From assembly GCA_028534125.1 (NCBI GenBank), contig CM052816.1, positions 101,496,001 to 101,556,000 on the forward strand: a DNA stretch of 60,000 bases, in the 5' to 3' direction. The DNA comes from Lama glama. Its lineage: Eukaryota. The notes below the pieces were generated by a model. It had not been told where the DNA came from and searched no databases. It worked only from the letters and a program-made list of their open reading frames with translations. This document shows positions 33,501 through 45,000 of the stretch, piece after piece. Position numbers and translations under genes: made by a program. Every line of letters begins with the position of its first letter. Positions within the stretch are counted from its first letter, which is position 1.

Positions 33501-35725
33501 CTAGTCATTATCTTAAAGTGTTGTGTGTCATAAAAACAACCTAATTTCTTTTCCATTGCATTGTAATCAGATCTTTAACCAGTCATTTTTTACTCTTTTG
33601 TCGTTTACAGAGTTATTATTTTACTCTAATAGTGATACTTCTACAAGTATGTCTCATCTTCAGAGACATTTATAGAAAGGACTCTGAGTCCCAAAAGGGG
33701 AGGAAAGAATAAACATTTTAAAATAACTAATCTTAAATTTGAAATAAAGTAAGTCTTTTCATCCAATCTAATAACTTCTTTCTAATACTATATAATCTTT
33801 ATTTTTGACCATTAATATCTAATTTTTTATCTTTAAGTTTTTTTTAATTGAACTATAATTGATTTACAATAATGTATTAGCTTCAAAATGATTCAGTTAT
33901 ACGATGTTTTATAGTTCTCAGTGTACAGTTCTTTCACATTCCTGGTTAGGTTTAGTGGCCAACACCCACGACCTCCAGTTAGGCTATGCGAACCTGCCCT
34001 TCTGCAAGAGCGTAGGAAAGCTCTCCTGTTCCCTTCAGGCTGGCCAAAATTGAGTACTGCGGCATCAGATTTCAGGGTGAAAAACTCTGACAGTGCCACA
34101 AACATCAGTCCTAACAGAAGAATGGGGAGGCCCACCTCATCAGCAAATTTTAGTGCCAAACCAATTCATCCAAAATGATTTGTTGTAAGGCAGGAATTGT
34201 ACAGGTATAAGTGATGCGTCCTCCTGAGGCAGCCATTCTGGGTTGTTTTATAGCGGTAACAGAACTGTCGCCAACACACTCAGCCTCTCACACAAGACTC
34301 GTCGTAACTCCCCCACACCTGACACAGTCTCAGTAAGGCGGTGGGTGACACAGTCTATACGCTGGACTAGATGAAGAGCCCCCAGAACTCTGAAGGTCCT
34401 GGCACACACTGCGCACCCCACAAACATTTGTTGACTGAGAGAAGAGAGAAGGCACACAGGCCTCATTAGCATGGCCCACTGCTTCATCGTGGTGCAGTCT
34501 CAGTTTCTGGTCTGTCTCCTTCTGCACCAAGAGCATCCTGACAGCAGGGCCACATCTTCTCCAGCACCTGGCTCCTGACTGACAGCCAGGACCTGTCTGA
34601 GGCCAAACCAACAGATGAGCAAACCAGTTTCTGACAACACACTACCAAACAGCAAGCACACGACCACGGTGCCGACTTTGTGACCAGCTAGGGGCTGGCT
34701 GTTTCCTGGCACTGAGAATCAGTAAGTTACCTGCGAGTCTTTAACCTTCAGCTCTGTGTCAACAATAGACACAGACTGCACATTTCTGGTCAGAAAAGGC
34801 TCATCAAACTCAGTCCACGTGTAATCACCAAACACGATGTTATGTCTGTTGAGTAGCTTCCTGACACTCAGCTTTATATCTTCTTTTTTTGCAGTGCTAG
34901 GAAAACAAACGAAACACATAAATCAGGTTTAGAGTAAAACACATTTTAGTAGTAAGTGTCTAAAACAGCAGAGCACCGGTGAGAAAGCGCAGCAGTTAGC
35001 GGTGTGGGCCGAGTGGGCCAGCCTGGGGACGGAAGCCGGTCGGCCCCCGTGGGCAGCCTCGAGTCTCTGTCCTCAGCCTCCAGCAGAAGGCAGCAGGCGA
35101 CAGCTGGAGCTGGTGCTCGCTGGGTGCCCCTGAGGGGTGGTCAACCCGCCTGGCCTGCTGGGGACAGCGCCCCGCACACGGGGGCGCTCGGAGCAGCGGG
35201 AAGCGCGCTCGCTGTGACCGAGGAGGGAACGAACCCGCACCGCGGCCGTCAGGCGTCTGCATCTGGCCAACTCCCCGCCAGCGGTGCCCGCTTTCAGCCT
35301 GGCGTCTCCGGCCGCCGCTGCCCTCCGGCCAACCCCGGCCCTCCTGCTCCCGCCAGCCCTTGGACGGCGTCGGGGGCCAGTCCCCTGTGCCAGCACCCCG
35401 CGCCCACGCCCCACCGCCGGCAGCCGAGGGGGCTCAGGGCGGGGGGCCACGGACGGTGCCCGCACTTAGAGCTCCCGGGAGAGGCCGTCCAAGCGCCCGG
35501 CTTTCCTGGGCCGGGTGGGTCGGGTCCTGTCAGGTCAGGAGGGGCTCGGGGAGCGGACTAGGCCCGGGCAGGTCCGGCCAGGTCGGGGTCGGGCTCAGGG
35601 TGGGGACCAGGCCCGGGCCGGGGCCGCGCTCACCTCCCGCTCCGCTGGTGCACCTCCACATGGACAGTCGGTGCCTCGGCCACGCAGGACAGCGCCTGCT
35701 TCAGGTCGCCCACGGCCTCGTCCAT
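18465..35725 (-). CDS. TRIP13: TRIP13 (pachytene checkpoint protein 2 homolog, AAA+ ATPase), complete spliced CDS of 13 exons, 432 aa
   Basis: Exons (minus): 35725-35634, 34896-34731, 30530-30401, 29705-29650, 28962-28872, 27787-27715, 25144-25081, 24304-24218, 24000-23894, 22915-22762, 20199-20087, 18934-18865, 18560-18465. All introns are GT-AG, phases are compatible, total 1299 nt. Translation runs [12 protein letters not shown]...GPPGTGKT (Walker A)...VLIDE (Walker B)...[13 protein letters not shown]. Confidence 0.98.
18865..18934 (-). CDS. TRIP13: TRIP13 exon 12 (70 nt)
   Basis: tcacag|; [23 protein letters not shown]; |gtgagc. Confidence 0.97.
19635..19790 (-). mobile_element. tRNA-derived SINE, Vic-1-like (camelid)
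   Basis: Minus strand reads ggggcgggtgtagctcagtggtagag...gaggtcctggcttccatctccagtacctccattaagcaaataaat...aattacccctgccccaaaaaa, with pol III A box and degenerate B box plus A-rich tail. Confidence 0.85.
20087..20199 (-). CDS. TRIP13: TRIP13 exon 11 (113 nt)
   Basis: cacag|; [37 protein letters not shown](R); |gtgtgt. Confidence 0.97.
21384..22388. repeat. Minisatellite (VNTR), ~32-34-bp unit ctccctgtgagctgtgacccccagtcccgtgac, in TRIP13 intron 10
   Basis: About 9 units left of the N gap and about 6 units right of it. Confidence 0.95.
21695..22194. other. Assembly gap (500 N)
   Basis: Run of N inside the minisatellite. Confidence 0.99.
22762..22915 (-). CDS. TRIP13: TRIP13 exon 10 (154 nt)
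   Basis: tgcag|; [51 protein letters not shown]; |gtacct. Confidence 0.97.
23894..24000 (-). CDS. TRIP13: TRIP13 exon 9 (107 nt)
   Basis: cacag|; [35 protein letters not shown](R); |gtagcg. Confidence 0.97.
24218..24304 (-). CDS. TRIP13: TRIP13 exon 8 (87 nt), Walker B motif
   Basis: ttccag|; [29 protein letters not shown]; |gtaggt. Confidence 0.97.
25081..25144 (-). CDS. TRIP13: TRIP13 exon 7 (64 nt)
   Basis: cttag|; [21 protein letters not shown]; |gtaagt. Confidence 0.97.
26760..27560 (+). mobile_element. Old L1 ORF1-region fragment in TRIP13 intron 6
   Basis: aaagaaaccaaatggaacctccagag...gagatgaaaattacactgaacagaattaaaagcagg...gcctgtgggaca resembles L1 ORF1 consensus. Confidence 0.7.
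27715..27787 (-). CDS. TRIP13: TRIP13 exon 6 (73 nt), Walker A motif
   Basis: tacag|; (G)[23 protein letters not shown](R); |gtaact. Confidence 0.97.
28872..28962 (-). CDS. TRIP13: TRIP13 exon 5 (91 nt)
   Basis: ctcag|; [30 protein letters not shown](G); |gtaaag. Confidence 0.96.
29650..29705 (-). CDS. TRIP13: TRIP13 exon 4 (56 nt)
   Basis: ctcag|; (A)[18 protein letters not shown]; |gtgagt. Confidence 0.96.
30401..30530 (-). CDS. TRIP13: TRIP13 exon 3 (130 nt)
   Basis: cacag|; [43 protein letters not shown]; |gtacct. Confidence 0.97.
30600..33447 (+). mobile_element. L1 fragment (ORF2 endonuclease and RT, 3'-truncated, with frameshifts) in TRIP13 intron 2
   Basis: ORF track peptides [24 protein letters not shown] (APE endonuclease start), [22 protein letters not shown] and [19 protein letters not shown] (RT). 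Confidence 0.95.
34731..34896 (-). CDS. TRIP13: TRIP13 exon 2 (166 nt)
   Basis: ctag|; (S)[55 protein letters not shown]; |gtaact. Confidence 0.97.
35634..35725 (-). CDS. TRIP13: TRIP13 coding exon 1 (92 nt)
   Basis: gccATGG start; [30 protein letters not shown]; donor AG|gtgag. Confidence 0.97.
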
Positions 35726-35855
35726 GGCGCCGCCGCCGCCGACGCCGCCGGGAGCCCCGGGGGCCCGGCCGGAGCGTGGCCGCCGCCGCCTCTCACCCCA
35801 CACCGCTGCCACCGCTGCCGCCACCGCCGCCTCAGCCCGCCGGCCGCGCCCGAGC

Positions 35856-35870
35856 TTCGAACCTGCCGCG
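35856..35870 (-). promoter_or_regulatory. CDE/CHR cell-cycle element (CGCGG-CAGG-TTCGAA) oriented toward TRIP13
   Basis: Minus strand reads CGCGG, a 4-nt spacer, then TTCGAA, matching the known CDE-N4-CHR layout of DREAM/MMB-regulated G2/M promoters. Confidence 0.65.
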
Positions 35871-36040
35871 CTCGGCGAGCCGCCCCTTGACCCGGAAGCG
35901 CTGGCGCCGGCGGGCGGGGCCGCTTCCGGCCGCGGCGGCTGCTTCCGGTGCGTCCCGGGGAGCTCCGCGGGCAAGGCGGGCGGCCAGCCGGGGCCGCGGG
36001 GGCTCCGGCCAGGCTCGCTCCTGCCCTGGGCGCCGCCACC

Positions 36041-36092
36041 ATGGGCAAAAAGCACAAGAAGCACAAGACCGAATGGCGCTCGTCGTACGAGG
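36041..36092 (+). CDS. BRD9: BRD9 coding exon 1 (52 nt)
   Basis: [17 protein letters not shown](D); |gtgagg. Confidence 0.97.
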
Positions 36093-39000
36093 GTGAGGCC
36101 GCGGGCGCGCTTTGTGACGCCGGGCGGGCGGGCGTTCGCGGCGGCGGGGGTCCCGGGGACGCGGCTCCCGAGCGCCCGGCCGCTCCGCTCCCCGCGGCGT
36201 CCTGGAGCAGCGCGCCGAGCGTCTCGTGTTCCGAGGTCTCCCGCCGTTTCCCCGCCTGTGCCCTGGTCCTGCCGCGCCCGGCCCCCCGTCAGGGACGCCG
36301 CACGGGGGCGGCTGCAGGGCAGGAGCCGGGGGACAGGAGAGCGGTCTGGCGCGCCCTGCCTGACAGAGACGGAGGGCCTCCCCCCTGGCTGCCCGAGGGT
36401 GGCAGCCTGAGGGGAGGGAAGGGAAGGGGAAGGAGCGCCCTGCCACTGCCTTTCTCCGGGCATCTTCCCCGATGGTTCTGGCGTTCCCCTGCGGTCCACC
36501 TTAGTTCAGCCAGTCCCCCCCTTTCTGGGCCTTGGTGTTCTCCCCGTGACCCCCACCTTGGACCGGCCATGCTCCCGGCTGGGCAGTACGTGTCTTGAAG
36601 CACCGTAAGCACACAGGGTGAAGGCACCACCTCTGCCTGCAGATTACGCAGACAAGCCCCTGGAGAAGCCCCTGAAGCTGGTCCTCAAGGTCGGAGGAAG
36701 CGAAGTGACGGAACTCTCGGGGTCAGGCCACGACTCCAGTTACTACGATGACAGGTCGGACCATGAGCGGGAGAGACACAGAGAGAAGAAGAAGAAGAAG
36801 AAGAAGAAGTCTGAGAAGGAGAAGCACCTTGACGACGAAGAAAGGAGGAAGCGAAAGGTGAAGGAGGGCGCCCAAGAGGCCTGGGGACGGCGGCGCAGGT
36901 GCTTCCCCGCCTCGGGAAAGGGGCGCTCTGTCTGTAGCCAAGCGCGCACCACACAGTCAGTCGCTTCAGTTCTGGCTGTTGGTGAAGCGGCCGTCGCCTG
37001 AGCCCCCCCCCCGGGGGGGGCTTGTCAGGGTGGGGCCCTGGAGTAAGAGGAGTCTGGAAGAGGGCTTTCTCTCTTGGCTCCCCTGAGAAACAGGAGATGT
37101 GTTTAAAGCTGCTTGGTTGCTCTCACTGCCTTGACCCTGCCTGACAGGAGGAGAAGAAGCGGAAACGGGAGAAGGAGCACTGTGACACGGAGGGAGAGGC
37201 GGATGATTTCGGTCCTGGGAGGAAGGTGGAGGTGGAACCGCCCCCCGATCGGCCAGTCCGCGCCTGCCGGACGCAGCCAGGCAAGTGCTGGTGCCTCCAG
37301 ATCCTGGAGCTTTAAGCTAGTCGCTGTGATGTAGTAGTCGGCTTCCTCTCCTTCGACAGAAGGAGGAGGGTCTTCTCTTCTGGGGCCTCACACAGAGCAG
37401 CTGGACCTCAGGCTCTTTAAACTTCTAGAGCTGGCCTTGGCTCACCCCTGTCCTGAGCTAAGAAGAAGTTCATCGTAACGGGGAGGTTAGTGCTGAGGTC
37501 AGTTATTTAGGCCACTGAAACGTGCAGCTGCACTGCCCCCAGCAGAGGAAGGCTTCCGGAACGCTCAGGACCCCGTGACCTGTGTTTGGTCACTTCCCTC
37601 AGTGCTCTTGGGTGGTCAGGAGGGCCTGGGTCGGAGGCAGGTTTGCTTTCCAGGCATTTCTTTTCTTTGATTTGCTGGGGGAGGTGGGAGGTATTGCAGT
37701 TATAGAGTGTTGTTTCCTGATGCCACCCCACCCCTATGTGGAGTCATTCCCATGATGAACTGTTGGCGCTCAGGCCCCTGGGCATATTGTGGAGCAGAGG
37801 TTAGACACAGAGCAGCTGTTCCTCAGAGCAGCGCACCTGCAAAGTTACTGCAGTGACAGGTAATTACGCGCTCAGTCTGGTTACCTGCCTGTTTGAGGCC
37901 CTACGTCTCGCGTTTCCCCAGTGTTCCGGAAAAGCCAGTGATCACATGATGCTTTCTTGGACCTATCCTGGTCACTCTCAAGGGGGTCGCTCTTGTGGAC
38001 CGGCTAGTCTGCACTCATGTTGCACTTTAGCCCTGGAATGAGGTATTTCTCCAAGGAGTCCTGGTTCCTTCCCAACGAAACCGAGATCTGGGTGCTGGGT
38101 GTGGACCCCAGTGGACAGAGCCAAGAAAGACCACGCATACATACTTTTGTAGAAGGAAGCCTGTACTGACCTCTTTGTTTACATCCCCCAAAACCATGTT
38201 TTCACACTGTGGGTCCAGGGGCGGAGTTCACAGTAGGAGTCTCCACAGGAGCTTCTCTGTGGGGTGTACTTTATTCCCATTTTACAGATGAACAGTGGCC
38301 TGACCAGAAGTTTAGAACTCTCAAGTGAAATGGTATCGGTGCATCCAGGGTCAACTTCTATGTCCACAGGCTTTGCTTGCTCCTCCTTACCTGGTCTGGA
38401 CTGTGCCAAGAGGGAGAGGGGCTGAGGACAAGCTGATGAGTGTAGCTCCCCGTGGTGGTTCTGAGGAATGTTGGCAGCCTGAGGGGTTTGGGGGACCAGT
38501 GCCGGGGGTGCAGCCGAGCTTTGTGGGAACCAAGGCCGCATCTGCTTGTCTTCATACCCAACTCTCATTTGAACCTAAAAAAGCGTGAAACAGGAAGTAG
38601 GTAAATAAGTACCATGAATTGGAAGTCACTTTCTACTGAAGTGATAACGGAGTCCTTTAATCCAGTTTTTTTCTGCTTTTTGAACTATCAGCTGAAAACG
38701 AGAGCACGCCTATTCAGCAGCTGCTCGAGCATTTTCTGCGCCAGCTCCAGAGGTAAAGAGCTTGTGCAGGGACGTTTGGGCTGTCTTCTCTCTGCGGCGG
38801 GCTGGCCCCCCATCACTTCACCTCTCCTGGGGATGCTCAGACCGCTGGGGTGCACGTACCGTTGGGAGCAAAGCTGGGGGACCCAAGCACCCCTCCATGC
38901 TCCACCCCGTGAGTCAGCACGGGGGTGCCAGAGACGCCCTGATGTAGCTGTCACGGCTGGAGCCAAGGATGGTAGTTCAGGAATTTTTAGTGTATCCAAA

Positions 39001-42000
39001 AACAATTTTAAGAAACGTAAATTCCATTTGTTATTTTTAAGGAACAACCTTAAAATTTGGTCAGTTGTATCAATTGTTTTACTGTGAGAGATTTTGTTTT
39101 TTGGTGGTTTTCCGGTGTAAATAAAGATGTTTTCTGTTTTCAGGAAAGATCCTCATGGGTTTTTTGCTTTTCCTGTCACGGATGCCATTGCTCCTGGATA
39201 CTCGATGATAATAAAACATCCGATGGATTTTGGCACAATGAAAGACAAAATTGTAGCTAATGAGTACAAGTCAGTCACGGAATTTAAGGTGCGTTAATTT
39301 CAGCTCCTGAAATCATCATGAGGAAGCTCCGTGTGTGTTCACGTCCAGTGGACGCTTCCTGCGTCTTAGATCTTTCCCAGTCTCAGGCGTCTGTATGTGC
39401 TGCACCAGCACGGGGTCAAGGAGGTGGGCGGGCTGTGGCCTTCTCTGTGTTTTGGTCTGGAGCTGGCCTGGCGCGCATGTCGCTCCCGTCAGGTGCGCTG
39501 CCCTGTAAGCTGCTGTGCGGCGCCGAGGGACATGCTGCCCAGCAGGGGCGCGTTCCGTGTGGCCTGGCTCCAGAATGGGTGTTTATAGAAACATAATTTT
39601 CGTGATGCTTAGTTTTGTCTTGTAATATCTGAGAGTTTAATTTTTTTTAGAATAACATATTTTTGTATTTTCTGAGTACTATGTTCTTAACTCTTTTTGT
39701 TAGTGGCTGTGAAAGGTATGGCTTGTTGGCTTTGGAACTCGGGAAAATTAAAAGGAGTGCTTGACGGCACACGGCAGCATCAGTTAGAAGGGCATTCGCT
39801 TTCTCTCTTTGGTTCAGTAAACTCTGCAAAAGCTTGGCTTCCTGGTTTACTGATGGGCGGCATTTCTGAGGGGGCTTGCTGACCTGCCGGGGCAACACAG
39901 CACACTGAGGACAAAGTGAGAGAGAAGGGGAGTCTTCACAGGCCGACTGGCAACGCCCCCACGGGCAGGCAGTCAACAGTAGTCCGTGCCCTGCGGTCCT
40001 CGGCCTTTCGTGCCTGCGAGCCCCCGGTTTGGTCACTTGCCCAGTGACAAAGCCAAGACGCGAGTAGCATCCACCTCGTTCTCAAGAGAGTTCTGCACCC
40101 ACCACGGTTGGGCCCTGTAACGGAGGGGGGCTTCCTGGCATCAGTCCCAGCCCTGGGGACACTGGCACAGCGACCCGAAAGGGGTCCAGGTAGCACCCGC
40201 TCCATCAGTGTGATTGGTGTTGGTGGTCATTGTCCATCCTGATGTCCAGCTCACCTGTGCCAGGTGGGTGCCAAGTGACTTGGCTAGCATGATAAACAGG
40301 TATCTCGTTTAATGTGCTTTAGGTGTAAGTTGCTCACTGAGACGCTCCTCACTTCAGGGAAGGTGTGTTTCTGACGGTACCAATCTGTAGACATAGTTTT
40401 GAATTCTGTGGAGAAACCCCAGTGGTAGAGGGCATGCCCACCTCTCCTCCCCTGTTGCTTAGAAGAGTCGGGTGTTTGCTCTCGCTCCTGTATTAGTCCG
40501 AGCTCCTCCCAAAGAGAGGGAGGAGGCTGTTGGGAAGGAAGCGAGGGACCTGTCGCTTTACTCCTCTGACATGGCATGTGTCACAGTCAACACCAGGTAC
40601 AGACTGTGGCACACTTTCACTGGAATACTTTTTATGCAAGTAAAGACCAATAAACATTTATGAAAATTTTTCAGAAAAAGTTTTTAAAAATTATTCTTTA
40701 ATTACTCAGCCATAAAAGAGAATGAAATGCTGCCATTTGCAGCAACATGGATGGACCTAGCAATTATCGTATTAAGTGAAGTCAGTCGGACAGAGAAAGG
40801 TAAGTATTATGTGACATCACTTATATGTATGTATATAATATGTAACTTTGCTGTACCTGAAATGCAGTTTTTTTAACATTTTTTATTGATTTGTGATAAT
40901 TTTACAATGTGTTAAATTCCAGTGTAGAACACAATTTTTCAATTATACATGAACATATATACAGTCATTGTCACATTTTTTTCTCTGTGAGCTACCATAA
41001 GATCTTGTATATATTTCCCTGTGCTATACAGTATAATCTTGTTTATCTGTTCTACATTTTGAAGTCCCAGTCTATCCCTTCCCACCCTGCAGTTTTTTTA
41101 AAATTGAAATATAGTTGATTTAAGTGTTGTGTTAGTTTCACATATATGGCAAAGTGATCCAATTTTTTGCATATATATGTGTTTTTTTTTTCAAATTTTT
41201 ATTACAGGTTATTACACGATGCTGAATACAGTTCCCTGTGTTATACAGTAGGCCCTTGTTTATTTTATGTATGGTAGTGTGTATCTGCCAATCCTGAACT
41301 CCTGATTTATCCCTCCCCCTTTCCCCCCAACCATAAGTTTGCTCTCTCTGTCTGTGAGTCTGTTTCTGCTTTGTAAATAGGTTGACTTGTATCATTTTTT
41401 TAGGTTCCACATGTGATACCGTATGGTATTTGTGTTTCTGTGACTTCGTTTAGTATAATGATCTCCAGGTCCATCCATGTTGCTGCAAATGGCATTATTT
41501 CATTCTTTTTTATGGCTGAGTGGTATTCCATTATATAAATACACCACAACTTCTTCATCTAGCCTTCTGTCGATGGACATTTAGGCTGCTTCCACATCTG
41601 GGCTATTGTAAATAGTGCTGCTGTGAACACTGGGGTGCATGTGTCTTTTCAAATTCGAGTTTTCATTTTCTCCAGATAATGTGCCCAGGAGTGGGATTGC
41701 TGGATCATAGGGTAAGTCTAGTTTTAGTTTTTTAGGGAACCTCTACTGTCCTCCACAGTGGCTGCCCGGTTTATACTCCCATCAGCAGTGTAGGAGGGTC
41801 CCTGTTCCCCACACCCTCTTCAGAATTTATCCTTTGTGGACTTTTTGTTGATGGCTATTCCGGCTGGAGTGAGGTGGCACCTCATAGTGGTTTTGATTTG
41901 TGTTTCTCTAATAGCAATATTGAGCGTCTTTTCATGTGCCTGTTGGCCACCTGGATGTCTTCTTTGGGGAAATGTGTGTTTAGGTCTGCCCATTTTTGGA

Positions 42001-45000
42001 TTGGGTTGTTTGCTTTTGGATATTGAGTTATATAAGCTATATATTTTGTAGATTACACCCTTGTCGGTCACGTTGTTTGCAAATACAGTATTGTAAGTCA
42101 GCTGTACTTCAATTCTAAAAGGTTTATTTTTTAAATCAAAGAGCTGGATTGTTTTCCACTCCATTTCAGCCTCTTTTGATAGGAGTCTCAACTCTTTGCT
42201 GTCACCTGTGTGATGTTTCAGACGTGACGGATTCTTTCCTTCTCCTTCAGGCCGATTTCAAGCTGATGTGTGACAACGCCATGACGTACAACAGACCAGA
42301 CACCGTGTACTACAAGCTAGCCAAGAAGATCCTCCACGCCGGCTTTAAGATGATGAGCAAAGTAAGATGCCTTCTGATGGCCAGGGGCCTCCGCCAGGCT
42401 CCTCCTCACTTCTTTAGGCCAAAACAGAAACACAGCAAATGACACACTTTCATCCATGTGTCACTGGCTACGGCGTGGGCCCTTCCACACTAGGGTAGAC
42501 CTCCCAGCCGCCCTCTCCTCCAGGCACCTCCTCTTCTGCTCCTGCACGCGGCCTGACCACCCCGTCTCCTGTAGGGTTGGTGCGAGGCTCCAACCTGTTG
42601 GTCTGCCTGGACCACAGCCTGCCCTGCAGGTTTGCTTTGTGCGCTGCTTTCTGAATCCAGATGGCTGTCCTGGCCGTCCCAGCAGCCTCCCCGATCTCTC
42701 CCGTGAGCCGGGCTGCGTGCGTCAGGTGGCCAGGGCAGTGCTTTGTGCCTGAGCAACCTGTAGGTGAGGCACAGCTCGTGCCCTCCGGCCTGTGCCTGCC
42801 CTGCAGGCTCTGCCCCTTGGGCTGCCCCACCATGGAGGGCTAGCGGTTAGGCCAGGTGAGACCAGCCCCATGCCATGCCATCGTCACGGTGCCTCGGCTG
42901 GAGGGAGAGGTAAAGTCCCTGCTGCTCTGTGCTTTCTGATTCTAGGAGCGGCTGTTAGCTCTGAAGCGCAGCGTGTCGTTTATGCAGGACATGGATTTCT
43001 CTCAGCAGGCAGCTCTTCTGGGCAGCGAAGACACAGCCGTCGAGGAGCCTGTTCCCGAAGTCGTGCCTGTGCAAGTAGAAACTGCCAAGAAATCTAAGAG
43101 GCCGAGCAGAGAAGTCATCAGGTAATGGCCGGCCGCCCGGGCCCACTGCTCCGCGGGCTGTGGGCGAGGAGGTGCGCCCGTGTGTTGCCGTGGCTCATGG
43201 GCGGTTGGGCCACACGTGCAGCCTGGTGGGAGCGTGCCCTCCACAGGAGCTGGGTCTCTGTGCCAGCCCCAGGTCTCGCCAGGCAGCTGGGACGCAGCGC
43301 AGACCCAGTGCCCAGAGGAGAGTGGCCTTGCTCCTCCGCCCATCTTGATCGAGAGTGAGGGACGTGGTGGGTGGGTGATGAATGTCACTGTTAACACCGG
43401 GGTGTCAAGAGACCTGGGCCCTGAGGTCAGTTGTGCAGGGCGTTGACCTTTCCACATGCCAGCGCACCACCATCCTGCAGCCCGCACATCACTTGTCCTG
43501 GGAAGGGTCCTCTGAGAGACATAGGCGGCAAAGGCTGGGACAGCCCCCACCACGTGTGTGCTGTGTCCCAGGTGTGGGCGCCAAGCCCATCTGGCGGCCC
43601 TGCGCAGTGCCCCCACTGACCTCACTGCTGTTCCATGTGTGTGCTGTTTACGAGTATTCATTGGCCCTCTGCTCCCAGGAAGTGCCCTCCGTTCAGGACC
43701 TGCGCGGGGTGTCCCAGGGACACAGTCGTGCCGCATTGGCAGCCAGCATGCATCGTGGGGGGGAGGTTGCTTCTCTCAGCATACCGCCCCAAGCTCTCTG
43801 CTCCTGCTGCTGTGAAGCCCGGACCTGCAGGAGGGTGGCCCTCCCACAGGCTCCAGGTCTCCATGGAGGCCTTGCCCCATGGCGCCTTGCAGGGACTCCA
43901 CCCACCCCTGCAGCCCTCCCTCAGGGCTGGCGCCCGGGTCCTCCTCCCACCCTGGCCCAGCCCACTGCCACTGCCTCAGGGCCTCAGCCCTGCGTGGGGT
44001 GGTTGTCACTTTTCCTGGTGGCCCCTGGAGTGACTGGAGTGACGCTGTAGCCCAAGAAGCTCCCGACGAGTCACATTTTCCCTCTTGCTCTTAAAGTGAT
44101 GGAAGCGCGCAGGTGCCTCATCAGAAACGCGGACGCTGACTCAGCTTAATGAAAGCGTTTGTTTGCTGTGGGTAGAAGTTATGGGAAGGAATTTAAAGTG
44201 CGCTTGGCGCTGCCCCCAACAGCCTTCTGGTGTGACCTGGCGTGGGCATTAGGGACTGACCGGGGCTGAGGTGTTAGCTGCCTGTGTGCCTCCCGGCGAC
44301 TTGGGTGGTATTCCTGCCTCACAGCTGCGTGTTTGAGCCGGAAGGAAATGCTTGCAGCCTGACCGACAGCACCGCGGAGGAGCACGTGCTGGCCTTGGTG
44401 GAGCATGCGGCCGACGAGGCCCGGGACAGGATCAACCGGCTCGTCCCCGGGGGCAAGGTAGCACCCCCGCATGGCCGTGGGCTTTCTGCCAGGACGGTGG
44501 CACAGCCGTCACCTTCCAGAGGTGACTGTCGGGTCTTGACAAGTATCCGGTCGGAGCTGGACCCGTGTTCCAGGGGTGCCCTTGTCCTCCCTGGCCCATC
44601 TTGGGATGGAGACAGCACGGGGGGACCTCAAGGGCAGGAAGAGTGTGGTGTGCCTGCTGGCAGAGGTGTTGACCCCATCACTGCAGAGGCTGAGCCCCTT
44701 TCCCTATGTATCATGTCTCTGCCCCACCACGGTCACTTACGGGCCTGACCATGGTGTGACAGCCGTGAGCCTGTCCAGAGGCTGCTGGTCCTCAAAAGGA
44801 GGCCCCACCATTCCTTGAGCACTTGCCCTCTGACACGAGGACGTCCTTGATTGGCCCCTACAACAGAAGTAGCGTGAGTCACGGCACGTACAGTTTCAGA
44901 CTTCCTCGAGGTCATGTTAACCAGGACGCGGGTGGAATTAACCCTAGTGTGTTTTATTTGACCTGATGGATCTAAAGTCTTATTTCACGTGCAGTGCACA

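Larger units (their letters stand above)
35000..36500. promoter_or_regulatory. CpG island and bidirectional promoter of TRIP13 and BRD9
   Basis: Very high GC and CpG density; the two divergent ATGs (35725 minus, 36041 plus) are only 315 nt apart; ETS-type CCGGAAG motifs at 35892-35898, 35923-35929 and 35942-35948; GC box GGGCGGGG at 35912-35919. Confidence 0.9.

Noticed and set aside
35630..36499. 289-aa ORF that would give TRIP13 a long N-terminal extension
   Set aside because: Its start lies inside BRD9 intron 1, beyond the shared promoter. Stop-free frames are expected in a CpG island, and the ATG at 35725 gives the known N-terminus.
35360..36598. Several overlapping 170-230-aa ORFs across the CpG island
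   Set aside because: They are low-complexity P/G/R/A-rich products of extreme GC content. Only the short TRIP13 and BRD9 first exons have support.
37003..37020. C-run followed by G-run (self-complementary) in BRD9 intron 2
   Set aside because: Simple homopolymers, prone to slippage and sequencing error, with no other support for function.
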